A DNA stretch of 64,000 nucleotides from positions 5,899 to 69,898 of the forward strand of contig JBCLCL010000001.1 of NCBI GenBank assembly GCA_038915815.1. Direction: 5' to 3'. Positions 9,614-19,335 of this stretch are shown piece by piece. The stretch comes from Candidatus Limnocylindrales bacterium. GTDB lineage: Bacteria > Chloroflexota > Limnocylindria > Limnocylindrales > CSP1-4. A program made the position numbers and the translations under genes. The notes under the pieces were generated by a model. It was not told the origin of the DNA and ran no database searches. It saw only the letters and a list, made by a program, of their open reading frames with translations. Numbering within the stretch: the first letter of the stretch is position 1; each line of letters opens with the position of its first letter.

Positions 9614-11194
9614 TCAGTCGACGATCGTGTGGCTCTGCTCGCGCATGAACTGGGCGACGTAGTACATGGACAGGCCGGCCTTGCCGGTGGAGCCGCTCCC
9701 CTTCCAGCCACCGAAGGCCTGGATGCCCGGCCAGGCGCCGGTCGTGGCACCCGCCCGGCGGTTGACGTAGAGCACCCCGGCCTGGACCCGATCGAGGAAC
9801 TGCTGGACTTCGGCCGGGTCCTCGCTGAAGACGCCCGCGGTCAACCCGTAGACCGAATCGTTGGCCAGGGTCAACGCCTCGTCGAGAGAATCGACCGCCG
9901 CCACGGCGGTGAACGGGGCGAACAGCTCGTCGCGGAAGAGTCGGTGGGAGGTCGGCAGGTTCCCGACCACGGCGGGTTCGACGTAGAACCCGCGCTCCAT
10001 CCCGGCGTCGGTCAGGTGCTCGCCACCCACGAAGACGGTGCCGTCCCGGCGCGCCTCGGAGACCGCGGCCTGGTGCCGATCGACGGCACGCTGGTCGATG
10101 ATCGGGCCGATCCAGTTGGCTCGCTGGAGCGGGTCGCCCACGGTGATCGCCTCGGTCTTCTCGACCAGCCGGCGGACCAGCTCATCGTGGACCGGCCGCT
10201 CGACGTAGACCCGCGAGTTGGCCGAGCACTTCTGGCCGCCGAAGCCGAAGGCGCTGCGCATGATCCCCTCGGCCGCTTCGTCCAGGTCGGCGTGGCGCGA
10301 GACGATCGCCGGGTTCTTGCCGCCCATCTCGACGACGCACGGCCGCGGCCAGCTCTTGGAGAACGAATGGAAGAGGCGCATCCCGACTTCGTACGAGCCG
10401 GTGAAGACCATCCCGTCGATACCCGGGTGATCCTGGAGCGCCTGGCCGACCGAGTCGCCCGAACCCATCACCAGGTTGACGGCGCCGGCCGGGATCCCGG
10501 CGTCGATGTAGGCCTCGACCAGCTTGACCGCCGAGAGCGGCGACGCCGAGGCCGGCTTGAGCACGACGGTGTTGCCGGCCAGCAGGGCCGCGCCGGTCGG
10601 GCCGGCGGCGAGGGCCATCGGGAAGTTGAATGGGCTGATGACCGCGAAGACGCCGTGCGGCCGGAGCAACGAGCGGGTGTGGACTGCCGCATCGCCCAGG
10701 TTGCCCATCGGATGGTCGTATCCGTCGTTCTCCTCCATGGTCGAGGCGTAATAGCGCAGCAGGTCCGCCGACTCCTCGACCTCACCGAGGGCCTCGATCC
10801 GGTTCTTGCCGACCTCGATGGCCATCAGCGCGGAGTAGTCCATCAGGCGCTCGCTGATCAGGTCGCCGGCCCGCGTGACCAGCGCCACCCGCTCCCGCCA
10901 CGGCGTGGCGGCCCACGCCGGCTGGGCCTTCCGGGCGGCCGCCACGGCCTCGTCCACGTCTGCCGGCGTGCCTCGGGCGAACGTGCCGAGCACGATCTCC
11001 GTGTCGATCGGAGAGCGGACCTCGAAGGTCCCCTCGCCGTCGCGCCAGGCGCCGCCGACGTAGTTGCGGTGCGAGCCGCCGAGGGTCGTTCGGGCGCCCA
11101 CCAGAGCCGCCTCGAAACTGGCGTGCATCTCTTCGTTGTCGGCCCGCAGGGTCGCGTAGGTGATCTTGATGCGCGGCGCGGAGTCGGTCGTCAT
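9614..11194 (-). CDS. Aldehyde dehydrogenase (P5C dehydrogenase-like)
   Basis: ISPFNFP, FTGS, EMGGKN, GQKCSANS, ELFAP and FGGWKGSG motifs. Confidence 0.92.
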   Translation of the reverse strand: MTTDSAPRIKITYATLRADNEEMHASFEAALVGARTTLGGSHRNYVGGAWRDGEGTFEVRSPIDTEIVLGTFARGTPADVDEAVAAARKAQPAWAATPWRERVALVTRAGDLISERLMDYSALMAIEVGKNRIEALGEVEESADLLRYYASTMEENDGYDHPMGNLGDAAVHTRSLLRPHGVFAVISPFNFPMALAAGPTGAALLAGNTVVLKPASASPLSAVKLVEAYIDAGIPAGAVNLVMGSGDSVGQALQDHPGIDGMVFTGSYEVGMRLFHSFSKSWPRPCVVEMGGKNPAIVSRHADLDEAAEGIMRSAFGFGGQKCSANSRVYVERPVHDELVRRLVEKTEAITVGDPLQRANWIGPIIDQRAVDRHQAAVSEARRDGTVFVGGEHLTDAGMERGFYVEPAVVGNLPTSHRLFRDELFAPFTAVAAVDSLDEALTLANDSVYGLTAGVFSEDPAEVQQFLDRVQAGVLYVNRRAGATTGAWPGIQAFGGWKGSGSTGKAGLSMYYVAQFMREQSHTIVD

Positions 11195-11239
11195 GGCGGC
11201 GGGCCCTCGTGGTGGGATGGTCGAGTGGGGTAAGTCCGG

Positions 11240-12121
11240 TCAGTCTAGCGCGGCCACGACGTCGGCCAGGGACGGGGCGACGGCATCCGGTTCGCGACCG
11301 CCTCGGCCGGTCGCGCCGAGCCGCGCCAGGTCGTCCAGCCCGTGCTTCCCGGTCAGCACGAAGACGCCGCGCAGTCGAGCGCGCTGCCCGGCCAGCACGT
11401 CCGTCCGGAGGTCGTCGCCGACCATCGCGATCTCCGCTCGGCGGAGTGGGTCGCCGGCCGGGAACGCGTCGCCGCGGAGCGCCTCGACGGCGATGGAGAA
11501 GAACGCCGCCGACGGCTTGCCGATGATCGTGGCGCGCACCCCGGCCGCGTACTCCAGCCCGGTCACGTAGGCGCCCGAATCGAGCGTTGGACCATCCGGC
11601 GTCAGCCACCACGGGTTGCGGTGCATCCCGATCAGCCGGGCACCGTTGCGCACGAGCCGAAAGGCGCGGTTGAGGTTGGCGTGAGATAGCTCCTCGGGGG
11701 AGTCGCCGACGATCACCGCCGCGACGCGAGCGTCCGGTTCGGCTGCCTCCTCGTGGGAGAGCAGGCGCTGGCCGTCGAACTCGGTCCGGGCGTCGACCGA
11801 CGCGATGACGTAGAGCGGCTGACCGGGGAATTCCCGCGCGGCGAAGGCCGCAGACGCCGAGACGGCCGACTGGAAGCGCTCCGCGGGGATCTCGTTGCCG
11901 AGCTTCGACGCGAAGCGCGACAGCGTGGCCCGACTGACCAGCGAGGTGTTGGTGACGATCCGGTACGGGGTGCCGCGTCGCTCCAGTTCGGCGATGGCCT
12001 CGACCGAACCGGGCACGGCGGCGCCGGCCGCCACGATCACGCCGTCGAGGTCGAGCAGGAGCGCCCGCACGCCGCGCAGGGCCTGGCGGAGCGCCGTCGG
12101 GTCGATCGTCTGCATCGGCAC
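11240..12121 (-). CDS. HAD-IIA family hydrolase
   Basis: DLDGV, VTN, GKPS and MVGDDLRTD motifs. Confidence 0.9.
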   Translation of the reverse strand: MPMQTIDPTALRQALRGVRALLLDLDGVIVAAGAAVPGSVEAIAELERRGTPYRIVTNTSLVSRATLSRFASKLGNEIPAERFQSAVSASAAFAAREFPGQPLYVIASVDARTEFDGQRLLSHEEAAEPDARVAAVIVGDSPEELSHANLNRAFRLVRNGARLIGMHRNPWWLTPDGPTLDSGAYVTGLEYAAGVRATIIGKPSAAFFSIAVEALRGDAFPAGDPLRRAEIAMVGDDLRTDVLAGQRARLRGVFVLTGKHGLDDLARLGATGRGGREPDAVAPSLADVVAALD

Positions 12122-12175
12122 AGCCTAAACGGGTCGGGCGGGTATGCTGCCCGGACCGACCGCACGGAGGGATCG

Positions 12176-12955
12176 ATGGGGCTGCTCGAGGGCAAGAACG
12201 CGCTGATCTTCGGCGTCGCCAATGACCATTCGATCGCCTGGGGGATTGCCCGGGCACTCCATGACGAGGGCGCCGAAGTGGGTTTCTCGTCGGTCGAGAG
12301 CCTGATCGAGCGGCGGGTCAGACCGCTCGCCGAGTCGATCGGTGCGACCTTCGTGGAGCCCTGCGACGTCCAGTCCGACGAGCAGATCCGGGCCGTCTTC
12401 TCGCGCTGGGGCGAGACCCACGACTCGCTCGACATCCTGGTCCACGCCCTGGCCTTCGCCCGCCGCGAAGACCTCGAGGGTGGCTTCGTGGACACTTCGC
12501 GCGAGGGCTTCGCGCTGGCCCTCGATGTCTCGGCCTATTCGCTCGTCGCCCTCGCGCGCGAGGCCCGGCCGCTGCTGCGACGTGGCTCGTCCATCGTGAC
12601 GCTCACGTACTACGGCGCCGAGAAGGTGGTCGCCAACTACAACGTGATGGGTGTGGCCAAGGCTGCGCTGGAGGCGTCCGTCCGCTACCTGGCGGCGGAT
12701 CTCGGGCCGGACGGCGTGCGGGTGAACGCGATCAGTGCCGGGCCGATCCGGACTCTGGCGGCTTCCGGGATCGCCGGCTTCAAGCGGATGTACGGCGGCT
12801 TCGCCGAGGTGGCGCCGCTGCGCGCCAATATCACCCCCGACGATGTCGGTCGCAGCGCGGTCTATCTCTGCTCCGACCTGTCCAGTGCGGTGACCGGCGA
12901 GACGCTCTACGTGGACGGCGGCTTCAACATCCTGGGCGTCCCGACCGGCGGCTGA
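12176..12955 (+). CDS. fabI: Enoyl-ACP reductase
   Basis: [44 protein letters not shown]; GGAGG before ATG 12176. Confidence 0.95.
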   Translation: MGLLEGKNALIFGVANDHSIAWGIARALHDEGAEVGFSSVESLIERRVRPLAESIGATFVEPCDVQSDEQIRAVFSRWGETHDSLDILVHALAFARREDLEGGFVDTSREGFALALDVSAYSLVALAREARPLLRRGSSIVTLTYYGAEKVVANYNVMGVAKAALEASVRYLAADLGPDGVRVNAISAGPIRTLAASGIAGFKRMYGGFAEVAPLRANITPDDVGRSAVYLCSDLSSAVTGETLYVDGGFNILGVPTGG

Positions 12956-12980
12956 GCCGCACCCCCGAGCCACGAACGAC

Positions 12981-13952
12981 GTGATCGACTCCCTGCTCGC
13001 CTCGACGGCCGCCCCGGCTTCGGTGGGTCTGGGCGTCCTGCTCACCGGCCTCTTCCTGGGGATCCGTCACGGGATCGACTGGGATCACATCGCCGCCATC
13101 ACCGACATCACCAGCACGACCGCCTCGGCGCACATCGCCGAGGCGGCCCACCATGAGCAGCACCTCGTGACCGCGGGGCACAGCCACCTCCACGGTGGAG
13201 TGCCCGAGGTTCGCGCCCACGATGCCGGAGCCGGTGTGCCGGCGCCTGCCCCGGCCGCGGCCGTGGCTCGGACTTTGCGTCGCGGCGGTTTCCGGGCGAG
13301 CCAGGCCGAGGCCATCCGGCTGGGAACCCTCTACGCCCTCGGTCACGGCCTCGTCGTGATCGCGCTTGGGCTCGTCGCGCTCACGTTCGGGGCTCTCCTC
13401 CCCGACTGGCTGGATCCCCTGATGGGACGGATCGTGGGGGTGACCCTCGTCGCGCTCGGCCTGTGGGTCGTCTACTCGATCTATCGCTATGCGCGAGTCG
13501 GCGGGACCTTCCGGCTGCGCAGCCGCTGGATGCTCGTCTTCGACGGGATCCGACTCGGCTGGCGGCGGTTCCAGGCGCGGCTGCACGGCCACGAGCACGT
13601 GGAGCCGCTCGAGATGAGCTCGTACGGCCCACGAACGGCATTCGGCGTCGGGATGATCCACGGGATCGGCGCCGAGACCGGCAGCCAGGTCCTGCTCATC
13701 GCAGCCGTCGGGGGGGCGTCGAGCGCCGGCCTGGGCGTGCCGATGCTGCTGGCCTTCGTCGTCGGCCTGCTCATCTCGAACTTCGCGATCGTGCTGGTGA
13801 GCTCGGTCAGCTTCGTATCGAGCCAGGCGCGCGAGCGCGTCTACGTGGCATTCGGCGCGGTGGCGGGCGCCTTCAGCCTGGTCGTCGGCTCGATCTTCCT
13901 GCTGGGCCTCGAAGAGCGACTCCCGGACCTCGGGGCGATGCTGCCGTTCTGA
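12981..13952 (+). CDS. NiCoT/HoxN-HupN-NixA-type nickel/cobalt transporter
   Basis: RHGIDWDHIAAI signature, His-rich loop, LGHG and GMIHGIGAET segments. Confidence 0.8.
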   Translation: MIDSLLASTAAPASVGLGVLLTGLFLGIRHGIDWDHIAAITDITSTTASAHIAEAAHHEQHLVTAGHSHLHGGVPEVRAHDAGAGVPAPAPAAAVARTLRRGGFRASQAEAIRLGTLYALGHGLVVIALGLVALTFGALLPDWLDPLMGRIVGVTLVALGLWVVYSIYRYARVGGTFRLRSRWMLVFDGIRLGWRRFQARLHGHEHVEPLEMSSYGPRTAFGVGMIHGIGAETGSQVLLIAAVGGASSAGLGVPMLLAFVVGLLISNFAIVLVSSVSFVSSQARERVYVAFGAVAGAFSLVVGSIFLLGLEERLPDLGAMLPF

Positions 13953-13965
13953 GACCTGCCGGACG

Positions 13966-14841
13966 TCAGCTCCGGGCTGGCGCGACCGAGCCGTCCGGCC
14001 GCGCGGGGAGACGCGGGATCGGGCGCAGGTAGAGCGTGAGGACCACGACCAGGTAGCCGAGCCAGACCGCGAAGGTGGTCGCTTCGGGCGTCGCCGAATA
14101 GCCGAACAGTGCGCGCAGGAACTGCCCGAGCAGACTGCCGGCCTCCGGCTTGTGGGGCAGGATCGCGCTCAGATCGAAGAGGGTCTGGGTGCCAAAGGGA
14201 ATGAGCCCGATCTCGATGAACTCGTGCATCGCCGTGCTGAGGAGGCCGGCGGCGATGAAGACGAGGGCGATCCCGGTCCAGCGAAAGAAGGCCGCGAAGT
14301 TGAGCCGTCGCGTCCCCTGGTAGAAGCCGACGCCAAGGATCAGCGCGATCGCCAACCCGATCAGGGCCCCGAACAGGACGGAGCTGGCGCCCTTGTCGGC
14401 CGAGGCTGCCTGCCCGGTCAGGAAGAGCGACGTCTCGATCCCTTCGCGGATGACGGCGATGAACGCGAGCAACCCGAGGGCTCGGGCCGAGCCCTCGTCG
14501 AGCGCCTGGTCGACGGCGGCCTGCAACTCGCCCTTGATGTTGGCCGCCTGGCGGCGCATCCAGAACAGCATCCAGGTCACGACGGCGGCGGCCAGCAGCA
14601 TCGTGGCTCCCTCGAAGAGCTGCTCGTACGGCTCCTCCAGACTGCCGACTGTCAGGAAGAGCGCGATCCCGAGAACGGCGCTGAGGCCGATGGCCAGGCC
14701 GACTCCGGAAAACACCGTCGGGAAGTGGCGGCGATTGCCGGTCCTCGCCAGGTACGCGCAGATGATGCTGACGATGAGCGCGGCTTCGACGCCTTCGCGC
14801 AGCCCGGTCAGCAGTCCACTGGAGAGAGCTCCAACGTCCAT
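13966..14841 (-). CDS. FTR1/EfeU family iron permease
   Basis: Two REGxE motifs (REGVE, REGIE) and about 7 TM helices. Confidence 0.92.
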   Translation of the reverse strand: MDVGALSSGLLTGLREGVEAALIVSIICAYLARTGNRRHFPTVFSGVGLAIGLSAVLGIALFLTVGSLEEPYEQLFEGATMLLAAAVVTWMLFWMRRQAANIKGELQAAVDQALDEGSARALGLLAFIAVIREGIETSLFLTGQAASADKGASSVLFGALIGLAIALILGVGFYQGTRRLNFAAFFRWTGIALVFIAAGLLSTAMHEFIEIGLIPFGTQTLFDLSAILPHKPEAGSLLGQFLRALFGYSATPEATTFAVWLGYLVVVLTLYLRPIPRLPARPDGSVAPARS

Positions 14842-14937
14842 CCCGGTCGTGTCTCCAGTCGTCGTCTGGTTCGCGCTGCCCTGCGGTCGTCCAGCAAGGC
14901 AGCATGACGCTGTGCTGCAAGGGCGCTTGTCGAGCGG

Positions 14938-14966
14938 ACTCTAGCCAGCGCCGCGGAAACCGTCAA
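14938..14966 (-). promoter_or_regulatory. Sigma70-type promoter for the FTR1 gene
   Basis: TTGACG-N17-TAGAGT on the minus strand. Confidence 0.6.
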
Positions 14967-14987
14967 ACACCCCGCCCAGGGTGCCTC

Positions 14988-15016
14988 TTGACGGCGGTTG
15001 AATGGTGGAGCATCGT
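14988..15016 (+). promoter_or_regulatory. Sigma70-type promoter for the secreted protein gene
   Basis: TTGACG-N17-CATCGT on the plus strand. Confidence 0.45.
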
Positions 15017-15064
15017 CGAGCCGTCCGGGGTCGGAATGGCCGCATCTGCGAGGAGGTCCTGGCG

Positions 15065-17134
15065 ATGTTTCGGCGGAGTGGCGTAGCGGCGGCCGCCGCC
15101 GTCGCGCTCGTCCTTGGCCTCCTGCCCCAACCGTCGGGCAGTGCGAATGCCGCCGCTGTCGTCGTTGCGTCCACCTGGACCGGCACCGTCGCCGCGGCGG
15201 GCGCCATCGGGTCCGCCACGGTCCGGGCCTTCGCGACGGGTGACGGCTCGATCGCGCTCGATGTTCGAGGGCTCGTCGCCGGCGGGAGCTATCCGGTCGG
15301 GCTCCATCGAGGCGCATGTGGCACCCGTGGGAGCCGTCTCCTCGCACTCGGCTCGACGAAGGCCAGCAGCGCTGGGCGAGTCACGCGAACGATCGCCCTG
15401 CAGCCCGCGGACGTCGCAGCCATCCAGGCAGCGACCAGCGGGATCTCGAAGGCGTCGGTCCGACTCGGGACCAGCGGCTCCGCCCCCTGCGCAACGCTCG
15501 TCAAGTCGCTCGCGGCGACGCCGCGGATCTGGTTCGCGCCGCTCCCGCCCATGCCGATCCGCCAGGGACGTCCCTACCTTGGCTCGACCGACTTTGCCGA
15601 CCTGTTCGCGGACGACGCCGCGTGGCGGAAGGCGGCCGGACGGACGCACGTATTCAAGCTCTACGGCGAATGGCTCGCCGGAACGGCGACGAACGCGCAG
15701 CTTCGGCGCCTGGTCACAGCGCTCGAGCGCCGGGGGATCGCCATCGCCATCGAGGTCGCTCCGCTGACCTCGATGACCTGCGGCCGGGGCATCGAGGGGT
15801 TCGGGGGTGGAGCCGGCGATGCACTGGCGCTGATCCGCCGGATCGAGACGGCCGGGGGGACGGTCCGATTCCTCGCGATGGACGAGCCGTACTTCTTCGG
15901 CAGCCTCTATACCGGCGCGGACGCCTGCCGCTGGTCGGCGCAGAAGGTGGCGCAGCAGGTCGTCGCGTTCAGCCGCGCGGTCCAGCGGTCGCGCCCGAAG
16001 GTCGTGATCGGCGACATCGAGCCGCTGCCGTTCGGCGTGACCGCGACCGACTACGAGGGCTGGATGGCCGCCTACCGGTCCGCCGCGGGCACCCCGCTCC
16101 CCTTCTTCCACCTGGACCTTGACTGGGGGCGGCCGGATTGGCTGGCCGTGGCCCGGCGCCTGCAGGGGTATGCGGGGGCGAACGGCGTCCGCTACGGGAT
16201 GATCTACAACGGCCACCATGACGACTCGTCCGACGCCGAGTACATCGGACATGCCCGCGATCACTTTGTCGAGTTCGAGACGGGTGGCGGCCGGACTCCG
16301 GGTGATGCGATCTTCCAGTCGTGGCACGACCACCCGGATCGCGTCCTGCCGGAAACGGATCCGACGACGTTCACCGGGCTGCTCGTCGACTACGTCAGGA
16401 CCCGGACGACGTTGCGTCTCGAGCCGGTGGCGCCAGGGCCCGGCGGCGCCCTGCTGGGCGGGTCGCTGACGACGTTGGGTGGGGCGCCGGTCGGCGGCGC
16501 GACCGTCAAGTTGAGTGCGGTCCCGCTCGACGGCCCGTACCAGGTGCTCGACCTGACCGGGCGCGTCCCCGCGAACGCGACGACGGCCGTCGTCGGGATC
16601 CGCGTCAACCACGAAGAGGCGGGTCCGGGCCCCGCCGATCTGACGTTCTACGAGGTTGCCTATACGGAAGGTGTGGGCGGCGGGATTCGCGTGCCAAACC
16701 CACGCTTCGACCAGGGCCTTGACCATTGGGGCTGGTGGGGCGATGGCCTCGTGGCCACGACGGCAAGCGATCGCGGCGGCCAGATGTTGCGGCTCACCGC
16801 CTCCCCGGCACAGTTCGTCGGTCTGAACACGGGCGGGTTCGCCGTCACACCCGGCGCCGACTACCGGCTCTCCGTCGCGGTCCGCGTGCCCGAGGGATCG
16901 ATCGGGGCCGGGTACGTCGCAGTCATCTTCCTGAACGGGACGGAGGTCGCGCGCCACCGGCTGCAGCTCGCCCCGGCGCCGATCGAGCTGACGAGCGTCG
17001 TGACGGCGCCAGACGGCACCTACAGCCTCCCGTCGAGCGGCCTGGAGGCTGGACGGTATGCCCTGCGGGCATCGTATGCGGGCGACCGGTCTCGCTGGCC
17101 CGCGTCCGCAACGTCTACGGTCACGCTGCCCTGA
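15065..17134 (+). CDS. Secreted multidomain protein: signal peptide, putative TIM-barrel glycoside hydrolase-like core, Ig-like and CBM-like C-terminal region
   Basis: AGGAGG then ATG; MFRRSG + hydrophobic stretch + AxA; MDEP and DIEP acidic motifs; NPRFDQGL..W CBM-like motif. Function is inference. Confidence 0.65.
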   Translation: MFRRSGVAAAAAVALVLGLLPQPSGSANAAAVVVASTWTGTVAAAGAIGSATVRAFATGDGSIALDVRGLVAGGSYPVGLHRGACGTRGSRLLALGSTKASSAGRVTRTIALQPADVAAIQAATSGISKASVRLGTSGSAPCATLVKSLAATPRIWFAPLPPMPIRQGRPYLGSTDFADLFADDAAWRKAAGRTHVFKLYGEWLAGTATNAQLRRLVTALERRGIAIAIEVAPLTSMTCGRGIEGFGGGAGDALALIRRIETAGGTVRFLAMDEPYFFGSLYTGADACRWSAQKVAQQVVAFSRAVQRSRPKVVIGDIEPLPFGVTATDYEGWMAAYRSAAGTPLPFFHLDLDWGRPDWLAVARRLQGYAGANGVRYGMIYNGHHDDSSDAEYIGHARDHFVEFETGGGRTPGDAIFQSWHDHPDRVLPETDPTTFTGLLVDYVRTRTTLRLEPVAPGPGGALLGGSLTTLGGAPVGGATVKLSAVPLDGPYQVLDLTGRVPANATTAVVGIRVNHEEAGPGPADLTFYEVAYTEGVGGGIRVPNPRFDQGLDHWGWWGDGLVATTASDRGGQMLRLTASPAQFVGLNTGGFAVTPGADYRLSVAVRVPEGSIGAGYVAVIFLNGTEVARHRLQLAPAPIELTSVVTAPDGTYSLPSSGLEAGRYALRASYAGDRSRWPASATSTVTLP

Positions 17135-17149
17135 CCGCCGGGCGAGCGT

Positions 17150-17225
17150 TGGAGCGGGAGACGAGGCTCGAACTCGCGACATGCAGCTTGGAAGGCTGCC
17201 GCTCTACCAACTGAGCTACTCCCGC
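17150..17225 (-). tRNA. tRNA-Gly (TCC)
   Basis: GCGGGAGTAGCTCAGTTGGTAGAGCGGCAGCCTTCCAAGCTGCATGTCGCGAGTTCGAGCCTCGTCTCCCGCTCCA; 76 nt with encoded CCA. Confidence 0.97.
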
Positions 17226-17627
17226 ACGACAGAGTGACCTTTCGGGCACCGCGACGCCGCTCTGCACAGCCTACCAGCTGTCCTCGACGAGCTCGAACAG
17301 CACGACGGGAAGGCGAGCAGGCGCGATCGCTACCGCCCGCCATTCGATTCGCCGGCGCCGCGGCGCGAAGATGCCCATCCAACCTGTCATTCCTACGTGC
17401 GCGGCATCAAGTGCTGCGCCGCCGATCCGTGCTTCAAGAACGAGAGACCATCGGCCCGACCTTCTTCGCGCGCAACCGGGTCGGCCAGACCTTCGGCCCG
17501 CAACGTCGACACGGTCGCCGCGACCCTCGCCGTCGCGACCAAGGGTTCCGCTGCTTGGCCGCATCGGCTACCTTCGCAGCGGACGGTGCACCCGCGCCGT
17601 CGAACGGATATGCGCACGGAGGCGCTG

Positions 17628-17879
17628 ATGATCGGCCGGCACATCCTGGACGCCATCGGCGGCACGCTGCCCTTTCGGCTTGAGCGCGTCGCCCCACCTG
17701 GAGCCGCGACGATCATCCCGGTGCCGACCGCCAAGGCGCAGGCCATGGCGCGGCGGCTCGCGCGCGAGCAGGCGACCGTCGCCGGGGCCTCATCGGGCGC
17801 AAATGCGACGGCGGCGGTGCAGGTCGCCCAGCGGCTCGGCTCCGACCTGGGGGACAGCAGCACCGACCTCCTCCGGTGA
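17628..17879 (+). pseudogene. Internally deleted cysteine synthase (CysK/CysM family) remnant
   Basis: N-terminus ILDAIGGTLPFRLERVAPPGAA joined directly to C-terminal AMARRLAREQATVAGASSGAN; the PLP-lysine core is missing; GGAGG retained. Confidence 0.7.
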
Positions 17880-19216
17880 CACCCGAGGTCCACTACGCGC
17901 GGCTTGGCGACGCGCACATCGCCTATCAGGTCTTCGGCTCAGGCGACCTGGATCTCGTCTACGTCGGCGAGTTCTGGCACTCGATCGAGGCGCAGTGGGA
18001 TGAGCCGCGCTTCGCGGCCTTCCTGCGTCGCCTCGGTACGTTCAGCCGTGTCATCTGCCTCGACCAGCGGGGGAGTGGCCTGTCCGACCCGCTGCCGCTC
18101 GGCGAGCAACCGAGCCTCGACCTGTTCACCGACGACGTGCGCGCCGTCATGGACGCGGTCGGCATGGCCCGCGCCGCGCTGCTCGGAGTCGCGGGCGGCT
18201 CGCTGATCTCGTGCCTGCTCGCCGCGACCGTACCGGAGCGCGTGCAGGCGCTCGTGCTTCTCAACGGTCTGGCGCGCCTCACCGCCGCGCCGGACTATCC
18301 GTGGGGGACGACGCCGGCCTTCGAGGCGCGGGTCATGGCGGACCTATCAAACGGCTGGGGCCGGGGCGCGCTGGCGGACGTCCTCGCGCCGAGCGAGGCA
18401 GACGATCCGGTGTTCCGGTCGTGGCTGGCCCGATATCAGCGGCTCGGCGCCAGCCCCGGCGAGGTGTTGGCGCAGCGGCGCATGATGCAGAACGTCGACA
18501 TTCGCCAGGTGCTGCCGTCGATCCGGACTCCGACGCTGGTGGTGCACCGCCGCGACAACCGGCTCATCAACGTCGGCCACGGGCGCTATCTGGCCGAGCG
18601 GATCCCCGGCGCCGAGTACGTCGAGGTGCCCGGCGGCGACTACCTGCCGTTCCTCGGCGACGCGGAGGCGATCCTCGCCCCGATCGAGCGCTTCCTGACT
18701 GGTACGGTCGCGACCACGGGCGAGCGCCGCGTCCTGGCCACGATCCTCTTCACCGATATCGTCGGATCCACCGAGCATGCGGCTCGCCTCGGAGACCGGC
18801 GCTGGCGTGTCCTGCTGGAGGAGCACAACGCCATCGTTCGCGGGGAGCTGGAACGGCACCGCAGCCGCGAGCTCGATCGGGCCGGCGACGGCTTCGTGGC
18901 GCTCTTCGACGGACCGGCCCGCGCCGTGCGCTGTGCGCTCACCGTCCAGGATCGTGTTCAACGGCTTGGCCTCTCCCTGCGCGCCGGGATCCACACGGGA
19001 GAGGTCGAGCTGCTCGGGGACGAGATCGAGGGGATCGCCGTGCACATCGGGGCCCGGGTGGCGGCCCTGGCCGTCCCGGGCGAAGTGCTGGTGACATCGA
19101 CCGTCCGCGACCTCGTCGCCGGGTCCGGAATCGCCTTCAGCGATCGCGGCGTCCGTACGCTGCGGGGAGTCCCCGGGCGCTGGAGGCTGTTTGCCGCGAG
19201 CGGGCCGTCGCGCTGA
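17876..19216 (+). CDS. Alpha/beta-hydrolase + class III adenylate/guanylate cyclase (LipJ/Rv1900c-like)
   Basis: DQRGSGLSD hydrolase region; ILFTDIVGST, AGDGF, AGIHTGEV and AVHIGARV cyclase motifs. Confidence 0.9.
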   Translation: MTPEVHYARLGDAHIAYQVFGSGDLDLVYVGEFWHSIEAQWDEPRFAAFLRRLGTFSRVICLDQRGSGLSDPLPLGEQPSLDLFTDDVRAVMDAVGMARAALLGVAGGSLISCLLAATVPERVQALVLLNGLARLTAAPDYPWGTTPAFEARVMADLSNGWGRGALADVLAPSEADDPVFRSWLARYQRLGASPGEVLAQRRMMQNVDIRQVLPSIRTPTLVVHRRDNRLINVGHGRYLAERIPGAEYVEVPGGDYLPFLGDAEAILAPIERFLTGTVATTGERRVLATILFTDIVGSTEHAARLGDRRWRVLLEEHNAIVRGELERHRSRELDRAGDGFVALFDGPARAVRCALTVQDRVQRLGLSLRAGIHTGEVELLGDEIEGIAVHIGARVAALAVPGEVLVTSTVRDLVAGSGIAFSDRGVRTLRGVPGRWRLFAASGPSR

Positions 19217-19335
19217 GGCCCCTGCGCACGATGTCTCGCACGATGCGCGAGCTCGGCAACAAGCTGGCTCATTCGCATCCACAGCTCATTCGCATTCGCT
19301 GGACTCCGCCTGGCCACGCGGTTACCGTGATCGCC

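Noticed and set aside
17230-17620. Possible gene remnants upstream of the tRNA (for example a minus-strand ...ELVEDSW end)
   Set aside because: Too short and degenerate to assign by eye.
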